From Octopus bimaculoides (taxonomy: Eukaryota), in NCBI RefSeq assembly GCF_001194135.2, contig NC_068982.1:167335984-167399983 (forward strand): a DNA stretch of 64,000 nucleotides, written 5' to 3'. Below the pieces are notes generated by a model. The model was given only the letters and a program-made list of their open reading frames with translations. It did not search any database and was not told where the DNA came from. The stretch's first letter is position 1. The number at the start of each line of letters is the position of its first letter. Shown one piece after another: positions 37,762 to 48,695 of the stretch. The position numbers were made by a program, and so were the translations under genes.

Positions 37762-37967
37762 CATATATATTATGCATGTGTGTTTTTGTGTCTATGTTTG
37801 TCCCCCACCACTACTTGATTGCTGGTGTTGGTGTGCATATGTCTTCGCAACTTAGCTTGATTAAATTAAGCACCAGTTATGCACTGAGGTCGATGTAATC
37901 GACTTAATTCCTTTGTCTTTCCTTGTTTGTCCCCTCTATGTTTAGCCCCTTGTGGGCAATAAAGAAA

Positions 37968-38381
37968 TAAGAAGCTTGTTTCCCAACCACATGGTTCTGG
38001 GTTCAGTCCCATTGCATGACACCTTGGGCAATAGTCTTCTATTGTAGCCTTGGGCTGACCAAATCCTTGTGAGTGGATTTTGTAGATAGAAACTGGAAGA
38101 AGCTTGTCATCTATATATATATATACACATACACACACACATATGCATATATATTATGCATGTATGTTTTTGTGTCTATGTTTGTCCCCCACCACTACTT
38201 GATTGCTGGTGTTGGTGTGCATATGTCTTTGCAACTTAGCAGTTTGGCAAGAGATATCAATAGAATAAGTATAAATAAAAGAGTCCTGGGGTTGATTCAT
38301 TCGACTAAAAATTCTTCAAAGTGGTGCCCCAGCATGGCAATAGCCTAATCTAAAGATTGAAACAAGTAAAAGAATAAAAGA
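37968..38381 (+). mobile_element. SINE family A copy (plus arm of an inverted pair)
   Basis: aagcttgtttcccaaccacatggttctgggttcagtccc...gtggtgccccagcatggc...gattgaaacaagtaaaagaataaaaga. Confidence 0.88.
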
Positions 38382-38391
38382 AAAAAATATA

Positions 38392-38932
38392 CTCTTTTAC
38401 TCTTTTACTTGTTTCAGTCATTTGACTGTGGCCATGCTGGAGCACCACCTTTTTAGTCGAGCTAATTGACCCCAGGACTTATTCTTTGTAAGCCTAGTAC
38501 TTATTCTATCGGTCTCTTTTGCCGAACCACTAAGTTACGGGGATGTAAACACACCAGCATTGGTTGTCAAGCGATGTTGGGGGGACAGACGCATACACAC
38601 ACATACATACANNNNNNNNNNNNNNNNNNNNNNNNNNNNNNNNNNNNNNNNNNNNNNNNNNNNNNNNNNNNNNNNNNNNNNNNNNNNNNNNNNNNNNNNN
38701 NNNNNNNNNNNNNNNNNNNNNNNNNNNNNNNNNNNNNNNNNNNNNNNNNNNNNNNNNNNNNNNNTATATATATATATATGACGGGCTTCTTTCAGTTTCC
38801 GTCTACCAAATCCACTCACAAGGCTTTGGTCGGCCCGAGGCTATAGTAGAAGACACTTTCCCAAGGTGCCACGCAGTGGGACTGAACCCGGAACCATGTG
38901 GATTGTAAGCATGCTGCTTATCACACAGCCAC
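38392..38932 (-). mobile_element. SINE family A copy (minus arm of an inverted pair; contains N-gap 38612-38764)
   Basis: ctcttttactcttttacttgtttcagtcatttgactgtggccatgctggagcacc...gtgggactgaacccggaaccatgtg...cacacagccac. Confidence 0.92.
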
Positions 38933-39099
38933 AAATGAAATGATGCTTTACTTTAGAGTGCATAAAAAAATGGAGGAAACAAAATAGTTTTCGATGAATT
39001 TATTTCTTTGAGTGATACATATTCAATCAAAATCATTTGAACTACATATTTATCTTATATTTTCTTTATCTCTGTGTCCATATGCCTGTATCTGTGAAG

Positions 39100-40010
39100 T
39101 TATTGGTCCAAGTTTCACCGATCTTGAATGCTTCATTCAATGTTATTAATTGCTTGAATTTTTTATATTTGAGAAACATCCATCTAATTCTTTTATGGTC
39201 ATTTTCTTTATTTGTTGTTCATTTTTGTAAGCTTGATTTTCCACTTCTTTGTTTGCATGCTATTGATCCAAATTAAGAAGGTCACGACCAGCTTAATTCT
39301 TTAAGCATGATTGAACTAAATCACAAACATCTCTATTGTCTATTCCATCAAAATTGCTTTCTTCCAAAGTTAGCTAGTTGTTCAATAAATATTTCTTGTT
39401 GAGGAAGTTTAGCAAAATTGTTAGTGCAGTATCCCTTGGGCTATAGCCAGTAGAAAGGCAAAAATAAGACCTTCATATCTTTGTCTAAGTCACTAAGTGC
39501 AGGTAGATGACTAGAGTATTGTCTAAAATTTAAAAAAAAAACTTTCAAAGTAAGATCATTTATTTTGCAGTACTTTTCTTCTGCGGGGCAAAAATGTTGA
39601 AAACCCATCTTCAAAAATTGCTTTGTTAGAATGCCAAAATATTTCTGAAGATTATTGGTTGTAGCTGTTAACAAACCTGGGATTCTCTGTGTGTTACTGA
39701 AAAATGGGTTTTAATTTAAAGTGACTGTCAGAATTTCCTCTTAAAAGTTCTTATTGATCTTTTGACTCTTCAAAACTGGGTTGCAATTTTACTTTCTTCA
39801 ACAAAAAGTTTATTGTGAAAGAATTTTTCAAGAGTAAGCCCGTTTCATCATATTTATTTCTTGTTGATTATGTTTTCAAAACAGCAGGACAATTTTTGGT
39901 TGCACTTTTTATCTGCATTTGCAGCCTTACTTGTTATATGGACATTGTAAATTACTATTTGACCAAAACTAGCAGTAAAAGTTTCTTCAGTTCAGATCTA
40001 ATTTTTTTTT
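39100..40010 (-). mobile_element. Decayed Tigger/TIGD-like (pogo family) transposase, DDE_1 domain
   Basis: Minus-strand fragments YDETGLL (~39835-39850), RGNSDSHFKLKP...ENPR (~39680-39740), GFQHFCPAEEKYCKINDLTLKV..LDN (~39510-39610; track ORF 39441-39674) and AQG.L at the QPMDQG position. Confidence 0.8.
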
Positions 40011-40778
40011 AAATTCCAGAGATGCTTAAAGCTATCATATTAACAATCATCATGCTTAAGGAACTCATTTTTGGCTACAGTCTTCCATCCTCATAGACAA
40101 AATATGCTCCATTTCAATCATGACCCTACATCTATTCCTTTTTTTCCCTTTTCTGTTTGAATATCTGAAGTTGATGCAATACCGTTATTTGTCATCGTCA
40201 TCTATTCTTATTGTTGGCATTGTTGCTTCATCCATTCCAAAGTCTTACTCTGTCTTTGTTTTACTGTCATCACATTCATGTTCTAGTCTATCATCTACAG
40301 TTAAAACTGTCCTCCTCTTAACTCTTCCCCTAAGTATTCTGACATACTAGATCTCTCACATTATATAGAAAGAGTTGCATAATGACAAACAAGACAGGAA
40401 GTTACAAATAAAATGTCAGCAAAGCATCACACTATGGAATGAAATCAAAAATATGATTTATCCAAAACATTATTCTATTACTGTACAACTATGTTTGCAA
40501 TGATTTAGCAAATTTTAATATGTTGTGTTACATCCTTATTTTCATATTAGAGAAATGTTCATATGGCTGGCCTTGAACCCACAGTCTCACTGAATAAACT
40601 GCTACACTGAGCTGTAGATTCTCTAAAAAACATATCACTAATATCGTAATAATATGTATCTGTATCGCTCTATCTCATGCACAATTCCTCTTCCCTCATA
40701 TTTTTCTCTATTTGATACTTTCCTTAACTTTATGTAAAATGTAGGTAAGTAAGACTGCACTATTGAATTAATATAGTC

Positions 40779-40942
40779 CAGTGTTCCGCAACATTTTTTT
40801 CACCTGTGGTAACATTTATATTCTTTTCAAACTTCGGCAGCACATGTGAACTAAAAATATAACTAAAAGTATATAACTAAACACACTTAGCATCGTCTCA
40901 TGGCACACCAGTGTGCGGTGGCATGCCAGTTGCAGAGCACTG
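40779..40942. mobile_element. hAT-type MITE (164 bp) with 14-bp TIR and perfect 8-bp TSD ATATAGTC
   Basis: TSD at 40771-40778 and 40943-40950. TIR cagtgttccgcaac versus the reverse complement of gttgcagagcactg: 12/14 match. Confidence 0.9.
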
Positions 40943-41059
40943 ATATAGTCCATCTGTCTTTCTTGGTTAAAAATAGAAATCTGCATAACTGAATACCTTT
41001 GCCACTTTATCCATTATTGGTAAATTACATTGTTTTCTATCAACAAAACAACCTTGTGT

Positions 41060-42330
41060 TTATACTTACAGTTTGGGTTTGTCTATTTTCCTCTGTGCAT
41101 GCTCCACCTCTTCTATTTCTCATATCATTTTGTCTGCCATTGCATAAACATTTCTTTTTCTCATAATTGTGTCTATAGTGGCCCTAATTTCAGGGTTACA
41201 TCTAATTTTAGACTTAGTGATGAAATCCTATTTCATTAGCCTTTGTTGAATCAACAATATACAGTTGAGAAAATTGTCTTTCACTTCCTCTTGAGTGTAT
41301 ATTAGAAGTGCAATAATAGAGGCCTATGCAATCTAAAATGATGATAAATTGGCCCTTGCACTCTAAAATGTAAAATATCTTCAAACCTGTAATTCAGTTA
41401 TTTTAGCCACCATACAAACAAATTAAAGTGTCGAGTAGTATGGTCTAGTTGTTTTAAAATTAGAATGCGAAGATGATCTGGTTATCTCATAACATGATTT
41501 AGATATTCTAAGAAACATTGCTGCAGAGCAATCTTAACTTTACCTTTATGGCAGCAGTTAAAAAATAAACCATTGCTGGATTTCTCAGCAAGAAAGTACT
41601 TTGTCCGCAAAATTGATATAATCATAAAATTCTCCACAGGAATGATGTTTGAGAAAATATTAAATTATTTATGTATTATTGTATTTGTCATGTCATGCTT
41701 GTCTCATGTTCTTAGCATTACAACATCTCCCAATATTTCTACGATCTGTTTCATTTTATATTTCCACAATAATTGTTGTCCTTTTATTTTCCCAATGTGC
41801 ATCTTTTTGTTATTGAGTTTCATCTGCTCATCTTGTTGCAACTACTTGCCTTAAGTCATCTATTCTTTCTCTTTGTTCTTCAGATCTATTTTCTAATCTT
41901 GTAGAAGCCCTTTGTCTGAGATCTTCAATTTCTTTATTCTTGACTCTAGCAAATCTTACTACTATTATTTCTATTTTTATTCCTCTTTGTTCTTCAGTTT
42001 TATTTTACATTCTGGTTGCTGTTCTGTACTTTGTGCTCTCATTCTCTTTCTTTCTTCAATAACAATTGTTTCCAATCATCTTATGTGCTTCTCTCCATCT
42101 TGCTGTCTTCTCATCTAAGTTTCCTCAAGTGTCTCTTCAGATTGTCCAACACACTGACTTCGAGCATCTTGAATTCTTCTTTCTGCTATTGTGTCTGCAA
42201 TCTCACGCTGTCACATCTGATGTACTTTGCTCTTGCTGCTCATCATCTATCCACTTCTTCAGAATCTCTGCTCCTTCATTCCATAGCTGATAAATCTGCT
42301 TTTAGATATTAGGGGCTTCGCTGCATCTTT
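41060..42330 (-). mobile_element. Decayed autonomous Helitron Rep/helicase N-terminal region
   Basis: Minus strand gives E/R/Q-rich repeats (41860-42300), then LAEKSSNGLFFNCCHKGKVKIA (~41527-41590), FRVQGPIYH (41341-41368), QFSQLYIVDSTKANEIG (~41228-41278) and NVYAMADKM. CC..GKV, G..YH and F.QLYI.D are Helitron RepHel signatures. Confidence 0.8.
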
Positions 42331-42836
42331 AGTTATCAACTAACTTACTTTAAACACACACACACACACTCTTACTTGTGCACATTTTTACATAAATACA
42401 TCCCTTATACATGCACAAAGAGAAGACCTTTAAAAGTTTATTACAAATCTTTTGATAAAATGAAATTGATATCTGCATTTGTGTAGTGAATTTACAGTCT
42501 TGGAGTAGACAGATTTTCAGTTGCTTGCATTATTATTTTATTCATTGAAATGGATTTCAAAAATTATTCAAAAAGATAGGCGAGAATGACATAAATGAAA
42601 ATGTAGTGTCATCACAAACTTTGCTACATATTTTTACTTTTCCTTCATCACCTCTCTCTTTCTTTACATGGAGTTCTTATTACCCCCCCCCCCCAACTTT
42701 CCATTTCCTATGCTCTCTCACATGTTTACTTTACCTCTCACTTTTACTCAGTCTTGTGTTTCTAATCCGCATCCTCTATCTATGTTACTTTCTCGGGAAT
42801 GTGTGTTTGATATCCTTGTTTGTGTATCATTTATAC

Positions 42837-43088
42837 CAATGCTCCACAGCCTTTTTCCACTTGCAGTACACTTATATTCTTTTCAAAATTCAGCAGCACA
42901 CCTGAACTAAAAATATAACTAAAAGTATAAGGCAAAAAATTATATTCAGGTTACACTGCGGCACACCTAGCATCGTCTTGTGGCACACCTAGCATCGTCT
43001 TGTGGCACACCTAGCATCGTCTTGTGGCACACCAAGCGTCATCTCATGGCACAGCAGTGCGCCACAGCTTACTGATTGTGGAGCACTG
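42837..43088. mobile_element. Second copy of the hAT MITE (252 bp) with an internal 22-bp tandem expansion
   Basis: TSD atttatac / atttatat (7/8). TIR caatgctccac versus cagtgctccac. Shares the core tatattcttttcaaa...gaactaaaaatataactaaaagtata with 40779-40942. Confidence 0.88.
42961..43048 (+). repeat. 22-bp minisatellite gcacacctagcatcgtcttgtg: three perfect copies plus one diverged copy
   Basis: Units at 42961, 42983, 43005 and 43027 (diverged); no spacers. Confidence 0.95.
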
Positions 43089-44918
43089 ATTTATATCTTG
43101 GGGTCTCATTATTCTGAGTCGTCCTTCATACATGTAAAGTTGAACATGTTTTTGAGTTCATGGTTTATGGTGATTACATATATTGATAATGCTTGATTGC
43201 CTTCATGGATGATCTTACGTTGTGTTGATGCCCCAGGCGAAGAAGTAGGATCTCCCAAGACATAAATAGAAGTAGTCTGGTCGTGGTAGGTGTGGTTGAG
43301 TAGCAGTTGTGTAGCGGTTGAGTAGAGATCATCCGAAGGTACTAGATAGCAGTAGCTTGAGACATAACATGTTATTAGGCTAGGACAAAACTTAATGGTT
43401 TCTAGTTTTGGGAGGTACTGTTGGAAACGTGTATATATATGTGGGGTGTGTATGTGTGTGTGCATGTGTGTGTGCGAGCGCACATGCAAGCATGGTTGTG
43501 TTGTGATTCTTTTTCAATTGAAGGGTTTTGATGTTCTGGAGAAGACACTTTAGTTGTATAGAGAGTATGACAGCTCTTCTAGTGTTGATACCTTGATAGA
43601 ATGTACCCAGTATATTTTCTAAAGTGGCTGATGTCAGGAAGGGCACCTAGCTATAGAAACCATGCCTAAAGTGGAATGTATGTGCGAGACATGGTCTACC
43701 AGTCCATCAAAGTGAGCTGTAACTAGAAATAAGAATTGAATCAAACCATGATGATGTGTCTAACCCATGCTTACGTAGAAAATGATGATGACCATTGTTA
43801 TCAAGATTTTCAGCACCATCATAATCATGATGATTTCCGACATTTTGAATCTCATTATTATCTTTAAATATCACCATCATTTTTACCTTTGTTAGTATCA
43901 TAACATCGAGCCATTGTAATTTCATGCTATCATCAACCGAATGCCACCATTAACTTCCCATTCTTTGAAGAATACTCTTTTTAGTGCAAAGATACAGTGC
44001 AATTCAGTGGGTGTTGTTAGATTTTGACATGCAGCTCATTATCATAATTCTTTATTGTTCTAAAAGTAACCCCCCTCCCCCGCAAAAAAAAAAAAGAAAA
44101 ACATGTTGCAGTTAGATTATTTGCTTTTAAACTTTCATCAACATGATAATTGTTAACACAATTATGATTATCACTTATGCTTTCACCATCATCTTCAGCA
44201 TCTTTATCAATACCTTTCTCAAAAACTAGTTGAGAATGATGATGTACAGTCTTCAGTGATTTGGAACATGAATAAACAAAAGTTACAGAATGATAGAAAA
44301 CATTTTGGCAATCTCTTTCCTCAAGTAAGAGTGAGAAGAAAGAAATTGCTAAATTCTTAATTTAATTCCTGTTGTTGTCTGGCCCCAGGATGGTTTCGAG
44401 CCTACAATCATATGCATTCCAACCTTGACCGCCTAGATTTTTTTTCAGGCATAGCAGCAGTATCTACTTCTATATTATTAATGTGTCTTTCCTTTTCTAA
44501 GATGCTAAGATGCAATTTGGTTGCTTTTCATAACAGGCTGTGTAATTATGTAGAGGCTCCCTAAGTGGCTTATGTTAAACTCCTGTTGATAATAATGGTG
44601 ATGATAGTAATAATAATGGAGTAGATGGTAATAATTATAATGATGAAGATCCTGCTAAGCTTTAAAGTGAACTAGCAACTGAGTGGGCTTTAGTTCCTAA
44701 GAATCTTTAACAATCATTAGGAATTAGGAACTTTTCACTTTTGACTGTTGTAGTAGTACACTTAGTCTTAGTAGTTTCAGTTTTCATTATTGTTGTTGTG
44801 GAGGAGTTAAATTACTGTCAGTGTTTGGTTAGGCTATGTGATTGCAAAATAGATTGAATTGCTTTTCAGAGAAGTTCTCTATATGATAGCAAGCAGTGTT
44901 ATATTTCAGTAAAACTGA

Positions 44919-44974
<56 letters not shown>

Positions 44975-47900
44975 CTTGTAATTGTGGTATAGTGTTAACC
45001 ATAGTCTGTGATGCAGCCTAGAGCCATTTTAAGCAATATATTTTTGAAACCTCAACAGCAAGTAAACATTAAGATGCTTGAATATTAGTTTACTTATGTC
45101 AATAGATACAACCAGTCTGCAAAAATGAAACCCGATGACCTGGAATTGTTTGTTTTTTGGTTATTCTTATTGTATCTGCTGTTGTTATTGCTTTTATTAT
45201 GATTTTCAATTCTTTATGTAATAACATCTCTAATTGTTGAAATTACAAGAGTATACTGTCCACTAAATTCACTTTAATAATCATATTTGTTCAAGACCTT
45301 GCTCCCATATTACCACTACTGTTATTATTACTCTAACTACTACTACTACTGGTCTTTTCATATTGTTATTGTTGATATTGTTGTTCCATTCAACCAAGCT
45401 CCAAGTTTTATTGTATTTTATCAATTATCAGCAAGTATATAATGGTATTTTAATCTATTGCAATTATATTGATTTTCCCCCCATTCTCCTATGTATATCT
45501 CTTTCTCTTCTCATGTTAGCTATTGTGTATATTTTTCTGTTTCCAACTCATTAGAAAGACAAAGCATCATTCTATTACTCATGATAATACTCTGAGGCTA
45601 TATTTTAATTTTATTTTGGTTTCTGCTGCCAACAGCTTCCTGCTGACCTTTGCATAGCTTTTCACTGACCCCAAAAATATTTCCATTGATTTCATTGCAA
45701 TTTTTCAGTTAGATTGGTTTTGCAAGTGTGGGTTGGGTCAGGTTAGTGGAGAGTGAGTAGATGGTGTGTAATATGAAGAATATAGAAAGAAAGGTTAATT
45801 GATAACTTCTCTCTACATAGAAATATTTTACCAGAGTTAATAAAAATCGATATTCTAGGAAGTTAGTTGATCAGAGAACAGCTGTGTTTATGAAAACATA
45901 AGTGCTGTTTGAAATTGTATTCATATATCTATAAATTTCTTTTCCTCAACATCTAAAGCATTTTCATAAAGCTCAACCTCAAAGAAAATGTCTTTCTAAC
46001 TTAATTCCTGATCTTAATATATACTAAACATCCTTATATAATGACCTGTAAATATTCTGTTTCTTAATTGTTCTAATTAAATTTTGTTTCAAGTTTGAAA
46101 TGATTAACTAACAATAAAGCAATTTATTTTCATAATGAATTAACACTTGCTCATACTGAAACAAAATATTAGAAAAATAAAAGGCCACAATTATATTTTA
46201 CCCTTTTCTCTCTGAACAAACATTTGTAATAAAAATTGATATTCAGTTCACAGTGTATTGCATAAGAAATACATAGATACACGATAAATAACTGTGAATT
46301 TTGAAAATGTGAAAGAACTGCAGTATTTATAAAGCATTGTAAAGTCAAAGTAATTCTCAGTGAACTGAGTTTACAAACCAGTTTCAATTCCTGGCTGGAG
46401 TTGTGTAACTTCATTTGTATTATCAATACTGTTAGAAAATCTTTATCAACACCTGTGTTGCTATGCCTTAAATTCATAAGTTTCATTCCTATGAAATTGG
46501 CTGTAGCCATTAGTTTGGTGAGGTTCTGTCTGTTGCACTAAAAGAAAATGATGTTTTCAGTGTTGTGCCAATATTTCAATGAATTACAGGACATTTTTCC
46601 ACAGTGGTTACAGGGAAATGAACCACATACTAGATGTATTGTGGAAATTTGGTCAGCAGACTGAATCTAAATGAATTGTGTATGTTTATAATTAAGATGA
46701 GGAGAACTTTGATTTGGCACAGTTTCTAGGTCACAGGAAGTAGTGAGTTCAAATATGGATAGGAAATGAGATCATATAAATTGGGAATTGACCACAAGAA
46801 AAGGCAATTGCATTATGGTTCTTTTTTTAAAATTTGTATTTTGATGCTCAACACACATTCATGTTTCTTTATAGTGACTACATATAGCCATCACAAACAA
46901 GCATGTAAATTTGCATTTAGATACATGATTTTGATTGGTTGGACTATAAACCTCATCTCTACAGACGAAAAACAGTTTAGTATCTGAACAAAATTGTAAT
47001 CAGTTTGATCTCTAATCATCATTAGACATCTTATTTCTGGATTGTACATAGTACTAGGCTAAATTTCAATGCATAACATTTATTTCTAAACTAAGAGTAA
47101 TAACATTCCCATTCATTAGGCCACTGACACATTGGCAATTAATGAATCATTTCTAGGTTATTTAGATTCATTTTTCACTTATTGAGTTTAAGTCTACCTT
47201 GGTTTCTGATTACAGTAACAGTAGCTTTACACCTACTATTTCTTTGATCTTTTTTTTTAAAGTTTTCACCATAGTTAATTATTAATTATGGAAATTTCAT
47301 TCAGTTGTAGTGTGTTTCCATTTTTTTTTTTTTTGCACCATATGTGTTCAATTATTCTTCACTGAAATATTTCTCCTCTTGTTAAGGCTTTTCTTATGTT
47401 CCCCTAATCTTTAGAGACTTCTCATGAAAACATTTTTCATATCTAATGTGATTGTAATAGTCTGAAAAATATTTGTAATACCAGTAACTTATCTAAGACA
47501 TTTAGGCATTGCAAACGTGCTGTAGGGTTGGGTTAAGTAGGAGAAGGGATTTCTTGTGCCTTTTATCACTTAACATCAAATAATTTACTAACAAAATGAG
47601 AACTTTTTTTTTAAACCCATAAATTAAAGCCATATTTCTTCATTATTGAATACTTCAGTATTTTTTTTTAAAGACAAAAAAGAAAGCTTTCTGCAGCTAA
47701 GATAATGGAAATACAAATTTCCAGAATTTAAATTTTGTTTTATAAAACTGTTTTAGAGGTATTTATTTTTTAAATTGCTATGCATCCTTTTAAGGGGTTT
47801 TGAAATAGAGATACTCATCTGAATTTATCCAACAAATATAAGAAACTGGATATTTTTTCTTTTAAATTTCAATTATTTGAAAGGATTGGTAATTAAATTC

Positions 47901-48058
47901 AACTGGATTGATTCAAAAGCACAATTCATATGCCAATGTCAGGATTTCAACACCTGAGATTTCAGTCATTATTTCAGTACTATATTATTGTTCATAAAAC
48001 ATTTTTACTCTTTTATTTTTGTTTTTAATCTGTTGCCGTTGAGATTTCTTAATGTCTT

Positions 48059-48455
48059 GGACGGCTGTGTGGTAAGTAGCTTGCTTACCAACCACATGGT
48101 CCCGGGTTCAGTCCCACTGCGTGGCATCTTGGGCAAGTGTCTTCTACTATAGCCTCGGGCCGACCAATGCCTTGTGAGTGGATTTGGTAGACAGAAACTG
48201 AAAGAAGCCTGTTGTATATATGTATATATATATATGTATGTGAGTATGTGTTTGTATGTCTGTGTTTGTCCCCCCAACATCGCTTGACAACCGATGCTGG
48301 TGTGTTTATGTCCCTGTAACTTAGCGGTTCAGCAAAAGAGACCGAAAGAATAAGTACTAGGCTTCCAAAGAATAAGTCCTGGGGTCGATTTGCTCGACTA
48401 AAGGCGGTGCTCCAGCATGGCCACAGTCAAAAGACTGAAACAAGTAAAAGAGTAA
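48059..48455 (+). mobile_element. Near full-length SINE family A, ending ~107 nt upstream of the exon 48562 acceptor
   Basis: ggctgtgtggtaagtagcttgcttaccaaccacatggtcccgggttcagtccc...gactgaaacaagtaaaagagtaaa. Confidence 0.93.
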
Positions 48456-48561
48456 ACAGGCGTGTTTGATTTAGTATCCTTCTGAAGCATTATTGGAACT
48501 AATTATTCAATGGATTGCTCTTTAGCATGATGTAATCATTATTATTTTATTTCTGTTGTAG

Positions 48562-48695
48562 GAAACCAAGAGCCATTACAGAACCATCACTAAGACCAGG
48601 AAATTTATCAAGGATGGTGTTATGGTGACAAGCACCACTTCGAAGGTTATAGCAATGGGAGAAGAAAACAAAGTTAAAGATGACCATTTTCTCAG
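48562..48695 (+). CDS. SLK: SLK-like exon starting the C-terminal domain: ETKSHYRTITKTRKFIKDGVMVTSTTSKVIAMGEENKVKDDHFL(R); 134 nt, phase 0 to phase 2
   Basis: Acceptor ttttatttctgttgtag and donor gtaagt. Matches the SLK/STK10 motif TLKKTRKF.VDGVEVSVTTSKI...FLR. Confidence 0.95.

Noticed and set aside
36959-37855. ORFs of 220-270 aa spanning N-runs (also those at 27947-28483, 58479-58840, 61094-61481 and 63475-63961)
   Set aside because: Artefacts of translating through gaps and microsatellites.
42961-43048. CRISPR-like direct repeats
   Set aside because: The units abut with no spacers, lie inside a MITE and the DNA is eukaryotic; this is a minisatellite.
46169-46510. 113-aa minus-strand ORF
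   Set aside because: No motif and no convincing splice pair; composition matches AT-rich intron.
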